Source of the DNA: Octopus vulgaris
Lineage: Eukaryota
Length of the DNA: 64,000 nt
Assembly (NCBI GenBank): GCA_951406725.2
Contig: OX597833.1
Coordinates: 45,880,001-45,944,000 of the forward strand
Direction of reading: 5' to 3'
The notes below the pieces were generated by a model. It had not been told where the DNA came from. It saw only the letters and a program-made list of their open reading frames with translations, and did no database searches. Position 1 is the stretch's first letter, and the number at the start of each line of letters is the position of its first letter. A program made the position numbers and the translations under genes. Positions 1 through 12,149 of the stretch are shown here, one piece after another.

Positions 1-960
1 CAGAAGATTAATTGGTATAGACTATTATATAAGGAGTGAAAGGAGAACGCTTGCCGAGTATTTGATAAACAGTGATGAAGACCTGCTGTAATATGCCGTG
101 AAAGTTATGGGTGTAAAAGCAGATGAAATGATGAGCAAGGAAGTGTTTAATCAAAGAGCTGGAGAGAAGAGAAAAGATGACCTTCTTGAAATGAGAATGC
201 ATGGACAGTTTGAAAGGAATACACAGGACGTTAAGGATAATACAGCATCGTGGGCATGGCTTGAGTGGGTTGATTTGAAGCAAACCACCGAAAACCTGAT
301 CATTGCTGCACAAGACCAGGCTCTCGCTACCAAGGCAGTGAAGTATAAACACCTATAAAACTTCTGACACCCAGACTGCAGACTCTGTGGAAAGAGTGTG
401 TAAAATGTGACCCACTTGGTAAGCAGATTTGAGAGCCTTTCACAAAAGAGAATACAAGCGCGGCAACGATGAAGTGTGTGTGTTTCTTCATTGGCTCTTA
501 TGCCGTAAATACCAATATGAAGTAACAGAGAACTGGTATGAGCATGTCCCAAGAAAAGTTATGCAGGCGGATGGAAAAGTAACGAAGCTCTGGGGCTATG
601 ATTTTCAGACGGATCGTGTCGGCCGGATATGGTAATATTGAATAAGAGAGACAAATACTGTCAGATCATTGATGAAGCCATACCAAATGAGATGAATGTT
701 GTGGGTAAAGAGGTTGAAAAAGTCACCAAGTACTCCGGACTGAAAGTGGAAATGGCAAGACTGTATGAATGCGAGAGAGTAATGTAAAAGTGATGCCAGT
801 GGTGATCGAGGCGTTGGGCTCAATATCATTGAAACTTCAAGACTTCTTAAGGCAACTGGAAATTTCATGCAAGATCGATGTCTTGCAAAAAGCATCCTTA
901 TTGGGCACAGCGCACATCTTAATGAAAATATTATCTATCTGAGGTCCTTGACGTAACTTG
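1..960 (+). mobile_element. Degenerate 3' part of a non-LTR retrotransposon with a restriction-like endonuclease (R4/Dong-like), followed by a (TAC)n(TAA)n tail
   Basis: Broken frames give MHGQF..W.W..LK.TENLIIAAQDQALAT, a CRLC/H/C zinc-knuckle remnant, LHWLLC..Y..WYEHVP, FQTD..PD and KEVEK..KY motifs typical of REL-clade ORFs; many stops and frameshifts. Confidence 0.75.
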
Positions 961-1008
961 ACATGACTAAAGACTCCGGTGCATTTTTACCTGCACTATT
1001 ACGAAGGA

Positions 1009-1013
1009 CTACA

Positions 1014-1102
<89 letters not shown>
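1009..1102 (+). repeat. (CTA)n(TAA)n microsatellite
   Basis: Direct reading. Confidence 0.95.
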
Positions 1103-1103
<1 letters not shown>

Positions 1104-1236
1104 CTGTCTGTCTACCTTTCTCTCTTTCTCCCTCTCTCTCCATGTGTGTGTGTGTATATATATATATATACACGTATGCATGCATGTATGTATATATATA
1201 TTACCGCTATGATAAGTTTTCAATATTTCTCTACAG

Positions 1237-1449
1237 ATTACTTACTGATCAAGTAACAGATCGTCTCTTCGAATCTGCTCCCGGGCAAAGTCTAGATTTG
1301 GCTTCAATGAACATACAGAGAGGTCGCGATGTTGGATTAAGACCCTACATCTATTGGCGACAATGGTGTGGCCTTTCTTTCCCAAGAAGTTTTGCAGATC
1401 TTGTGGACCATACAGAAGAACAACAAATTAGACTTCAAAGGGTATATTC
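1237..1449 (+). CDS. Gene A exon (LLTDQVTDRLFE...DLASMNIQRGRDVG...RLQRVYS)
   Basis: ctacag| acceptor, |gtaag donor, peroxidase motif. Confidence 0.9.
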
Positions 1450-2330
1450 GTAAGTTTCTCATTATGCTAAGTTTGTAATTATCCAAAATTTTCTGGAACA
1501 GTTTGCGACCGGATGCTCTTCAAGTCGCCAACTCTTTCTTTTGTCATCTCTCATGACCAGCAGTAATAGCTTAAACGAACGGAGGAAAAGCTTTAAATAC
1601 CATAGTAGTGTATAATTGTTTATTCAGGCTGATCAAGTGTTTTGTTATTCTACTGTTACCCTGGCGTGATGCCGAGAAATCTAATGAAAGAATCTGGAAA
1701 AATATACGAGTAAGAATTATAATTTTAACAGCAAAGAATTCCACAGTCGGACAGAAAACAAAAGCAAATAAAGGGAAGAGAAAATGTTTGACAAGAAAAA
1801 AAAAACAAGTGATGGTTCTGTAATCTTGGGGTTGTGCTTCAAGATGACGCACATGTATCCAAAAACTCTACCTTGTAACACACACCACCTTACATCTGCA
1901 TTAAAACAATATCAAACGCGTTGTAATTGAATCCATTTACAAATATGACGAAATTATCCGTGCATTTACATTTAGCTTTAACATGCGCGTCTCTTCTTTC
2001 GGATAAGCAAAATACGAAGTAGACGGATTATTTTTGGACTTCAGAATAAAATGCCGTTGATTGTAATTTTAAATAGATGACTGTAGAAAGACTCAGCTAT
2101 CAAATATGGCAGCAAAAGATGTGACCTGTGAACTTCGGAAAAAAGGCTTGCACGAAAAAATTCACTGCAGCCAGGGAAGTATATTTACCTTGTTTTTGGA
2201 TGCGTCGTATTCTCTCGTGCTATGTCTCCCAACAACCATACAGAACTTGACGGTTTATCTCCCTAACAGCCTGTAACTAAACATTTCTGTTTCCGTGTTC
2301 CTTTTTTATTTTATGTCTTTGTGTCTTTGG

Positions 2331-2392
<62 letters not shown>

Positions 2393-5300
2393 GTTTCAGG
2401 GATGTTGCTGATATTGATCTTTGGACAGGGGGTCTATCAGAAAGACACATGAATGGTAGTAATCTAGGACCAACGTTTGCTTGCATCATTGGACGCCAGT
2501 TCTTGCTGCTGAAGTCCGGGGATCGATTCTGGTATGAAAATTCCGGTCCTCAAAAATTTACCTCCAGTAAGTTTCTCATTCTATCCAATGTGCTTTTTTT
2601 TTCTTATTTCAAGTTTTATCCACGTTCTTATTGCTATTTGTCGCATAGCGTCATTTCACACGTAAGACTCATTCGCTCCCATTCTCACATACACACTCAC
2701 ACGCACTCTTCTCACACATACGCACAGGCTCGCGCACCTTAGTTCGTTGAGATCACCATTATTAGCTCCCTTTCATTCAAACTCTTTTTTTTTCTAATCA
2801 TCCCGCTAAAGGTTTCGTTAATGTCTTCAGTTTCATTCCATAATTATGGATGGTCGAAATGTAACACTCAAACATATGTCATGACAGCCAGAGTAGTATC
2901 AGAGATTTCGGACATAGATATTAGGTCACGAATGTTGAGGAAAAGCTACAGTTAATTTTACAGACTTCGGCACTTGACAGCGACTACAGGTGGACGATAG
3001 ACCGAGTTATCTTCAGTGATGATTCGAGCTTTATGCTGAATAAGATCCTAATTAGATCCTGCATATGTAATTGCGTGTGTGTGTATGTATTTGTGAGTGT
3101 GAATGTATGTGTGAGTGTGTGTGCGCGCGCGCGCGTCCGTGCGTATATGTGTGTGCATGGGATTATCAGCGATAATCACATATTATAATAATTATACACA
3201 CATCGGCGTGGAATTCGCCTATAAAATACTGCGTCGTACAAATAAACTATGGGAGTTTTCGCTCCACCCGAACCTTACAGATACTCGGTGTTACAATGTA
3301 CATGATAAATGTAAGGAACCAGTAATTCATTTGTTTGAAAAAGAATTTTAATCAACGACGCTATTGTTCACAAAATCCATGATATAAAATATAATAGCCT
3401 CGCAGAATACTGTTGATCTGATTTCAAACATGAATTTATACATATTCTATATAAGCAAAGTACAAGGACACGTGATGAAAGACTACACCAGACACACCGA
3501 GGATAGTAAGAAAGATGTACTTTTTCTAAGTTGTCAAAAACTTCATGTAATATTGCAAAATTTGGGACACTGGTTTCCTCATGTTCAGTGGTGGTGGTGG
3601 TGGTGGTAGCGGTGGTGGTTGTGGTTGGTAGTAGTAGTAGTAGTAGTAGTAGTAGTGAATTTTAAAAAATTGTGTTGATTGTAATGTTTTTAACATCTAG
3701 ACCAGCTTGCAGCTATACGTCAAAGCAGCCAATCTCGGATTTTGTGTGATAATAGCAACGTTGTCACCATCCAAGCCGACCCGTTTACAAAAGTATCAGA
3801 AACGTAAGTACGACCTAGTAATAATACCTTCTTTTTTTTTATATGGTGGTAGTTCATGATTTTATTTGGGTTATAAGCTAAGACAATATTCTAATAGAAT
3901 GAAATAGAACGTTGTAGGATAATCACTGTATCGATTTACAACTTGATGGACTGATTCAGCAACAGTTAAGGACTTGAACCATGATCACAGTATAGAACGG
4001 GTGGCAGCATCGAACCATTAACCCTTTAGTCGGTGGCTCTCGTCGCCACTCACTCAATGAAATATGTTGTCAAAAGCTAAGTGAGCGTGGTTTGTAATAA
4101 ATTCATCAAAGCTTAGTATCAAACTACAAAACGCAGCACGGAGTTTTGTCAGTGAACGGGTCACGGTCTCAAAGCGACGAAAATATTTTGACAAATTAAA
4201 TTTAAATGTTGAAGTGAATCTAACGGTTTTTGTGTGTTTCCTAAATGGCTTATAAACACCTCCCACGCTGCAACTGTTTTCGTTCCAGCACACGATCTCA
4301 GATCAGTTCACTTGTTATGCAAGTACATCTCCATAATCCAATTGGTTCATCTATTAATCTATTAGTTATTAAATTTTAATTCCAAAACATTGTTACCTTC
4401 CTCGTTAGTTTATAGCATGGTCAGAATCCGTCAGATGGAAGGATAAAAGGAATAAATAAATAAATAAGTAAATAAATAAATAAATGAATAAATGAGTGGA
4501 TAAATAAATATTCTTTTCCTCGTGGTTGAGGGCCGAGGGCCTCAAAGACAACACCATTATCCCTTCGTTGTGTTTTCATGCTCTCTTCGGGAAGACTAAG
4601 ATCGGTGTGCGCCAAGTTCTCTTCCGACTCGACCTACTTCCTTAGTCTTCGCCGTTTGCAGGCCCTCACAAGCACTGGATGTTTATTCTCGAAATTGTTT
4701 GTTTCTTAACCTAGCTAATTTCCAGGGTTACCAAGCCCAGACCGCCCAGTTATACTGTCAGTATAGTGGAAGCACTCCGTCGGTTACGACGATGAGGGTT
4801 CCGGTTGATCCGAATCAACGGAACAGCCTGCTCGTGAAATTAACGTATAAGTGGCTGAGCACTCCACAGACACGTGCACCATTAACGTAGTTCTCGGGGA
4901 TATTCAGCGTGACACAGAGAGTGACAAGGCCGGCCCTTTGAAATACAGGTACAACAGAAACAGGAAGTAAGAGTGAGAGAAAGTTGTGGTGAAAGAGTAC
5001 AGCAGGGATCACCACCATCCCCTACCGGAGCCTCGTGGAGCTTTAGGTGTTTTCGCTCAATAAACACTCACAACGCCCGGTCTGGGAATCGAAACCGCGA
5101 TCTTATGACCGCCAGTCCGCTGCCCTAACCACTGGACCATTGCGCCTCCACTACTGTCAGTATAACACATTAGTGCTATCTCCAAGATGTATTTTTAAAC
5201 AAAAGCTTGGGAAGTACCTGATTCCCAGTAGTCTTAAAGTACGCTGAACACTAACCAAGAATTTCCGCGCTATTATCAGATGGTTGTTGACTCTACGTTA

Positions 5301-6003
5301 GAATTCATCGGTCCTTTTGAGAGGTAATTTGTTCTACTGGGTTTCTAGCAATTCTCCTCATCAGACAAGTCTATTGAGGGAGCCACTTCAGATGCAAACA
5401 ACTCGATCATAGAATAGATTGCATTGGGTTACATATGAAAGACACATCTGAGCGAACTGACTTAACACTTCGCTGTACTATGAAGAATGTTTCAATCCCG
5501 GAAGTTCACAGATTACTCCAGGTAAACAGATCGAAGCATAGGTATAAAACTTTTCAACCGCAAGACAATAAACGAAATATAGTTCCTTTACAATAGACCA
5601 GAAACTTATCGAAATATATCTTCTTTTATCTTTTATCTATCAACCATATTAACTCACAAATCTAAAGTGTCACGCAGTGGGACAGAAACCGAATGTGAGA
5701 TTTCTAACCATACAGCCAAGTTCGAAATATTTTTATTCCAAATGTGCATCAAGAACTGTCTTCACAGATTGTCTCATAATTCTTTTTTTTTTTAAATTTA
5801 ATTTCAGAAATCCAGTTGTAAGTTGCGATTCCTTACCAGAAGTGGACTTGTGTCTGTTTGCTAGAAGCATGGCGGAATGGAGCGAATGGTCGACCTGCGA
5901 AATTGGAATAAGACGTCGTGAGAGAGTTTGTCTTGGACCAACTGATGGTCTTTGCTCATGTGAGAAGAACTCGACGGAAACTGATATTGAAAGATGTGTA
6001 TAA
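1237..6003 (+). CDS. Gene A: animal heme peroxidase-like protein with C-terminal TSR module, 3' part only; join(1237..1449,2400..2566,3701..3803,5808..6003); 5' exons lie upstream of the window
   Basis: Motifs [65 protein letters not shown]; all introns GT-AG with compatible phases; first three exon lengths 213/167/103 are identical to gene B. Confidence 0.9.
2400..2566 (+). CDS. Gene A exon (DVADIDLWTGGLSE...[16 protein letters not shown])
   Basis: tttcag| acceptor, |gtaag donor, peroxidase motif. Confidence 0.9.
3701..3803 (+). CDS. Gene A exon (QLAAIRQSSQSRILCDNSNVVTIQADPF)
   Basis: atctag| acceptor, |gtaag donor; too short for the ORF track; matches the peroxidase C-terminal consensus. 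Confidence 0.88.
4136..4330. mobile_element. Partial copy of a fold-back/MITE-like repeat
   Basis: Homologous to both arms of the element at 6140-6435. Confidence 0.6.
4766..5151 (-). mobile_element. tRNA-derived SINE, full length (family 1)
   Basis: tRNA-like head with A and B boxes; 13-bp target-site duplication tactgtcagtata at 4753 and 5152. Confidence 0.88.
5808..6003 (+). CDS. Gene A last exon: end of peroxidase domain plus TSR-like module (WSEWSTC..G.RRRERVC)
   Basis: tttcag| acceptor, TAA stop at 6001-6003, WSxW and RxRxC motifs. Confidence 0.88.
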
Positions 6004-6083
6004 CCTCTAGATAGTGGGGTCAAATCGAAGAGAAAAAAAGAAAGACCTGGAAACTACAAAATTGCTTTTTACTAGGTTTCGTC

Positions 6084-6089
6084 AATAAA
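6084..6089 (+). terminator. Candidate polyadenylation signal of gene A
   Basis: AATAAA 80 nt after the stop codon. Confidence 0.5.
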
Positions 6090-6139
6090 ATACTTTTCTA
6101 GCAGATGTTAACGCTTTTGTGTTAAAGTTCATTCTACTA

Positions 6140-6435
6140 AGATGTACTTGCATAGCAAGTGACCTGATCTGAGATCGTGTGCTGAAGTAAAAACAATTGC
6201 AGCGTGGAAGGTGTTTACAAGTCATTAAAATTAATGTGCCAAAAGTATTTTCGACACTTTGAGACCGCAACCTGTTCACTAACAAAATTCGTGGTACAGC
6301 ACGGAATATTGTCAGTGAACAGGTCGCGGTCTCAAAGCGACGAAAATATTTAAATGATGAAATGAATCTAACGGGGGTTTTTTTGTGTGTGTTTCCTAAA
6401 TGGCTTATAAACACCTTCCACGCTGAAATTGTTAA
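6140..6435. mobile_element. Fold-back/MITE-like palindromic repeat
   Basis: Internal inverted arms, e.g. tttgagaccgcaacctgttcact / agtgaacaggtcgcggtctcaaa and cagcgtggaaggtgttta / taaacaccttccacgctg. Confidence 0.65.
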
Positions 6436-6540
6436 TTTTACTGTTATTGGTAATTTGTAAAAATAATCAGCTATAAATTAACGCTTGTGTAAGTGTTTAG
6501 TATAAGTTTTACATGCACACACACATACATATATACATAC

Positions 6541-6616
<76 letters not shown>

Positions 6617-7256
6617 ATAATATATATGCATTTCACTCTTTCTTCCTGTTTCTGTTGTATCTGTATTTCAAAGGGACAGCCTTGTCACACTCTGTGTCAC
6701 GCTGAATCTCCCCATGAAATACGTTAAGATAGTTAATTATTTTGTCTCTGAATTAACTATGCTGCGTTGGGAATAGGGCTATGGAGAACCATTCACAAGA
6801 CAGGCTAGCAACCTTTTGTCTCGAGAGAAAAAAATATTATAACCGATACGCTACGGAGATCTTTCCAACGTGCTGCACATCACAGACCTGATTTGACAGG
6901 GTGGTGGTGGTGGTGGTGACGAAACTGAAATCAAACCTTGTACTGGATTAGTTCTGTCTTTTACTAAATCACTCAACCTAACTCCCAGAAGGAAAAACAA
7001 TAATGAATCGACATCAGGAAGATTTCAATCAGACACGGTAAGAAAGTAAGGGAAATAACTCCAAGAATGATATTTAATCCAAATTTGAGAGAAATAAAGA
7101 CGATGCGGTGAAGAGCAGAACTTTATTTAAAGCCAACGAGTGAAAGAAACAGACATACTTCAGTCATGTCAGATGTTCTTAACGAAACATTGACGTGGTG
7201 TTTAACATTAAACTTTTGATATAAGAGAAGGTTGTAGTTTGTTCGAAGCATTGTAA

Positions 7257-7652
7257 TCTTTATATATATAAAAGTGAAGTTGTGTCTGTCTCCTACGATT
7301 TAGATTCCTAACTCCTCCCACATTTTGCGGTGCAGTTTAACCAAAAGCGGGTATCTTATAGTCGTGATTCATATCGAGCCCTTCTGGGTATCAGCGCGCA
7401 TCTACGATGAGTCTACGATTTTAAAAATAATTTACCATAATTTTTTTTCCATTTTAATGCATTTTTTCGCTATTATATAAGGGAAGTAACTCTCTAAAAA
7501 TGTCTACGATGAGTCAATGATTTAAAAAAATTTACTATCATTTTTTTTCCATTTTTAATGCATTTTTTGCTATTTTTTGGCTATAACTCTCTAAAAATGC
7601 TTATATAGTTATTTCCCTTACAAACCCGAGCAACGCCGGGTGATACTGCTAG
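7257..7652 (+). mobile_element. Non-autonomous Helitron-like element
   Basis: 5' TC, subterminal GC hairpin cccgagcaacgccggg, 3' CTAG; four copies in the window. Confidence 0.78.
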
Positions 7653-8619
7653 GACAAAAGTAAAGTAATAAAAAATAAAGATGGCGTGTTTCTTTCTATG
7701 CGTAAAGGTTACTTAACTTTCCCTTCTCTCATTAGGAAAAAAAAAAACTCTCCGTTTTCCTTATTTGTTATTTTATTTTGATATAGTGATTAGCAAGTAG
7801 GAGAGTACAAGTTCAATTAATGATATTTCATACTACAGGCAAACGGTCTGATATTTTTAGGGAGAAGGGTTAAGTCGATTACATCAACTCCAGCACTTAT
7901 TTTATCGAAATTTAAAGGTTGAAAGGCAAAGTAGACCTCGGCGGCATTTGAACTCAGAACATAAATACGGACGAAATGCTACGAAGCATTTTCTCCGGCG
8001 CGCTAACCATTGTGTTAGCTTACCGCTTACAAGTTTAATTAATTATTTCTATTACAAGGCACAAGGCCTGAAATTTTGGAGGAGAGGGCTGGTCGATTAC
8101 ATCGACTCAAGTACTAGTGCTTATTTTATCGACCTCGAAAGGATGAAAAGCAAAGTCGACCTCTGCGGCATTTGAACTCAAAACGAAAGACGGATGAATT
8201 GCCGCTAATTTCGGCGTGCTTAGCCGTTCTGCTAGCTCGCTGTCTTACAAGTTCAATTAATGATGAATGAGTCGCGTATAGGTCACCTTGGATCAGTCAA
8301 GACTGAAGACAGTATTTAACTACTCTGTCCATATTATGAGCAACATCCTTAGACATCACTTATGCGACCTTCATTTCAATTAAATATTAAGTTGAATTTT
8401 GTAAAGAGTTCGTCTTCTACGGTGGTTCATATCACTGTTTAACTGGGAGACATTCGAAAAGATTAAATATTCACGTCACTTTAACCGTCGAATCGATCGT
8501 ACAGACACTAAATGAAAACGATTTTGAGCACCGAACCCGATTCTTCGTGGAAATATTCTATTGTGTTGATCATTATATCATTGATTGCTTAATTTGATAG
8601 CCATTTTATTTTACATATT

Positions 8620-9078
8620 ATTGGTTGGTTGGCATCCTTTTTGTCTCGGGAGACAATGGAGTTGCGCATAAAGTAGTCTAGTCCGGCTTTTATATTTCAT
8701 GTCCTGATACATTTCCTGCTGTGGCTGTGTAGTCCTATCCTGGACAAACACTCCCTCTGGCAGGTACCGCAAATGTAGCGAAGACTGTTCCTGGCTGGTT
8801 GTAATGCCATAGTTTCTTGTTGACGTCTTTTCTTGTCTTTCCATTTCTCCTCTCTCTCTCTGTCACTCCTTTGTATTCCCTCTCTTACGGTACGTCGCCA
8901 GTCTCCACGGTTGCCGGCAACTGCCTCCCAACCGCTAATATTGATGTTGCAGGCCTTCATGTCCCTTTTGCAAACATCCTTGTAACGTAAGAGCGGTCTA
9001 CCCACAGACCTAGTACCCCTAGCAAGCTCTCCGTAGAGTATGTCCTTGGGGATTCTGCCATCTTTCATACGGCTAACA
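8620..9078 (-). mobile_element. 5'-truncated RTE-clade LINE (C-terminus of ORF with CCHH zinc finger)
   Basis: RMKDGRIPKDILYGEL..G.RSVGRPLLRYKD and CGTCQRECLSRIGLHSH are typical RTE/BovB-like C-terminal motifs. Confidence 0.85.
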
Positions 9079-9411
9079 TTGAAGAAAAACTCTTGAAATG
9101 AGTTAAAATTTTAGAATTTGGTGGGAGGGAAGAATTTAAAATTTTGAAAACATGTTTTTTTTGTATATTCGGAATCTCCGTCATCGAACGTATAGGAATC
9201 CGTTGAAAGAAATCGGAAGGGTCGTCTAGCGGAGGGGTGGAGGCTACAGTCCCCTATATGGGCAAGGACCAAATCTTGACTCCCTACCCCCTAGAACCTT
9301 CCTCGAGTAATGAAACGCCTTCATTCTAAATTTGGTACAGATTGATCTAGCGGTTTGGCCGTGCATAGAGGACATACACACAGTGAATTTTATATATATA
9401 GAAGATATATA

Positions 9412-9933
9412 CCGTAAATCCTCGAGTATAATCCGCATTTTTTCCCCAAAATTTAAAGGTCAAAATCCCTAGTGTGTATTATACACGAGGTTAAAAATGG
9501 TAAATATTTTCTAAGCAATGTCCGAGTCTCTATTTGCTGTCCGGCAATGTTTATTCAGACGCATTCTGTGATGTCGGGCGCGAAAATACCTTAAGCTAAG
9601 CCTGAAAGCAATGAAGTCATAAAAGAATCATCCATAACTTGCAGTAAGCAACATTTATTAAAATAAAAGTATTCAGAACACAGAATAACATGTAACAAAA
9701 ACAATTTGCAAACATATTTACATTCCCATATAACAGTTAAGAACATCACAATCATTGTACTACGCATGCGCGGAAGTGTTTGTTCGACTAGGTGCTGCTG
9801 GCTTAATTACACACGACATAAGTTAGAGAAGGAGTGCGTATTATACACAAGGTTTTGGTTTTTCAGAGGTACAGCCCCCTAAAAATCCCCTGCGTATTAT
9901 ACTCAAGGGCGGACTATACTCGAAGATTTACGG
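9412..9933. mobile_element. Tc1/mariner-pogo type MITE
   Basis: TIRs ccgtaaatcctcgagtataatccgc / gcggactatactcgaagatttacgg, flanked by TA on both sides. Confidence 0.85.
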
Positions 9934-10189
9934 TATATATACATATGTATATATATATCATGTATCATATATATGCATGTGTACATATGCGTGTGTATGT
10001 GTATAGCAGTTGTCACTATTTATTTCATGCAAATATATTCGTATGAAACCACGAAACCTTATAATTCGCATAGACAGAACTCGACTACTAAAAGAAATTA
10101 TTCGTTCACCAAAGCGATGTTGAACCTTCAACCTTCACTTCGTTACTAACGCGTATATGTGTATTATGCATATATACATTATGCACATA

Positions 10190-10588
10190 TCTTTATATAT
10201 AAAAGAGAGGTTGTGTGTCTGTCTCCTACGATTTAGATTCCTAACTACTCCCACATTTTGCGGTGCAGTGTAACCAAAAGCGGGTATCTTATAGTCGTGA
10301 TTCATATCGAGCCCTTCTGGGTATTAGCGCGCGTCTACGATGAGTCTACGATATAAAAAAAAATTACCATAATTTTTTTCCATTTTAATGCATTTCTTTT
10401 GCTATTATATAAGGGAAGTAACTCTCTAAAAATGTCTACGATGAGTCAACGATTTTTAAAAAAATTTACTATAATTTTTTTTCCATTTTTGATGCATTTT
10501 TTTGCTATTTTTTTGGCTATAACTCTCAAAAAATACTTATATAGTTATTTCCCTTACAAACCCGAGCAACGCCGGGCGATACTGCTAG
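10190..10588 (+). mobile_element. Non-autonomous Helitron-like element
   Basis: TC...hairpin...CTAG, inserted between A and T; near-identical to 7257-7652. Confidence 0.8.
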
Positions 10589-10994
10589 TATACATATGTG
10601 TTTATTGTGTTGTGTGGCCTCCTTCGGTCATGAATGTCCATGGGATTTCACCTAGAAAGTTACCCTCCGAGGTACAAGTCTGGGCAAGGTTGTTTATGGA
10701 AGGTCAGCAGTCACCCATGCATACCAGCCTCTCCTTTCCACACCACCGGTGTTATCCAAGGGAAAGGCAAAGGCCGATACAGCTTGGCACCAGTGACGTC
10801 GCAGCTCATTTATAAACGTGCAAGTGGCAGAGCGCTCCACAGATACATGTACCCTTAACGTATTTAATGGGGAGATTCAGCGTGACACAGAGTGTGACAA
10901 GGCTGTCCCTTTGAAATACTGATACAACAGAAACAAGAAGAAAGAGTGAAATGCATATATATTATGCACACACACACATATGTATGTATATATG

Positions 10995-11228
10995 TATTTC
11001 TTTACTACCCACAAGGGGCCAAACACAGAGGGGACAAACAAGGACAGACAAAGAGATTAAGTCGATTACATCGACCCCAGTGCATAACTGGTACTTAATA
11101 TATCGACCCCGAAAAGATGAAAGGCAAAGTCGACCTCGGCGGAACTTGAACTCGGAACGTAAGGACAGATGAAATACGGCTACGCATTTCGCCCGGTGTG
11201 CTAACGTTTCTACCAGCTCGCCGCCTTA
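10995..11228 (-). mobile_element. tRNA-like SINE (family 3, head aaggcggcgagctggcagaa)
   Basis: Matches the many copies at 15-16 kb, 41-43 kb, 47 kb and 57 kb. Confidence 0.75.
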
Positions 11229-11242
11229 TATGTATGTATATA

Positions 11243-11298
<56 letters not shown>

Positions 11299-11659
11299 CA
11301 TGTAAAACTTATACTTAACACTTACACAAGCGTTAATTTATAGTTGATTATTTTTACAAAGTACCAATGACAGTAAAATGAACTATTCACGTATCATATT
11401 GTTAGTGTGTGGGACAAAAATACTGGATGGCATTTTTTTCCGATTCTGTACGTTTCGAGTTCAAATTTTCGTCAAAGCCAACTTTTCCTTTTCGTCTTTT
11501 CGCGGTCGATAAAATAAAGTATCAATCAAATACTGGAGTCGATGTAATCGACTAGCCCCTTCCCCTCAAAACTGTTCCAAAGAATTATAAGTACTTTCGT
11601 CAGAGGCGTGGGATTGGTAGGTTCTTCAGGATCGTCGAACAAAATGTCTTGTTCCATAT

Positions 11660-11945
11660 ATGCCCACGGGCATATGGCGTAGTGGTTAAGAACGTGGGCT
11701 GCTAACCCCAAGTTTCCGAGTTCGATTCCAAGCAGTGACCTGAACAATAACAACAACAACAACAATAATAATAACAACGACAACAACGACAACAACAACA
11801 ACAACAAATACCTCAGGAATGAGAATCCAGGTTCGAAATTCCCCCCAAACACCTGAAGAAGGCTGGAGGGTATATCAGCCGAAACGCTGTGTTAACAACA
11901 AACAAGATGAGGACAAATATCCGTCAAATGTAAATAATGAAAATA
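11660..11945 (+). mobile_element. Repeat with tRNA-like segment and Penelope-like end carrying a minimal hammerhead motif
   Basis: Same family as the inverted pair at 62175-62645; aacac-CTGAAGA-a-ggctg..cagcc-GAAAC-gct-gtgtt at 11847-11893. Confidence 0.6.
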
Positions 11946-12149
11946 ATGTATTGTGTTATTCACTCTTTTATTCTTTTACTTGTTCCAGTGATTTTGACCG
12001 CGGCCATGCTGGAGGACCGCCTTGAAGGGATTTTCAGTCGAACAAATCGACCCAAGGACTTAAGCCTAGTACTATCGGTCTCTTTTGCTGAACCGCTAGT
12101 TTACTGAGATGTAAACGCACCAACAGCGGTTGTCAAGCGATGACATGGG

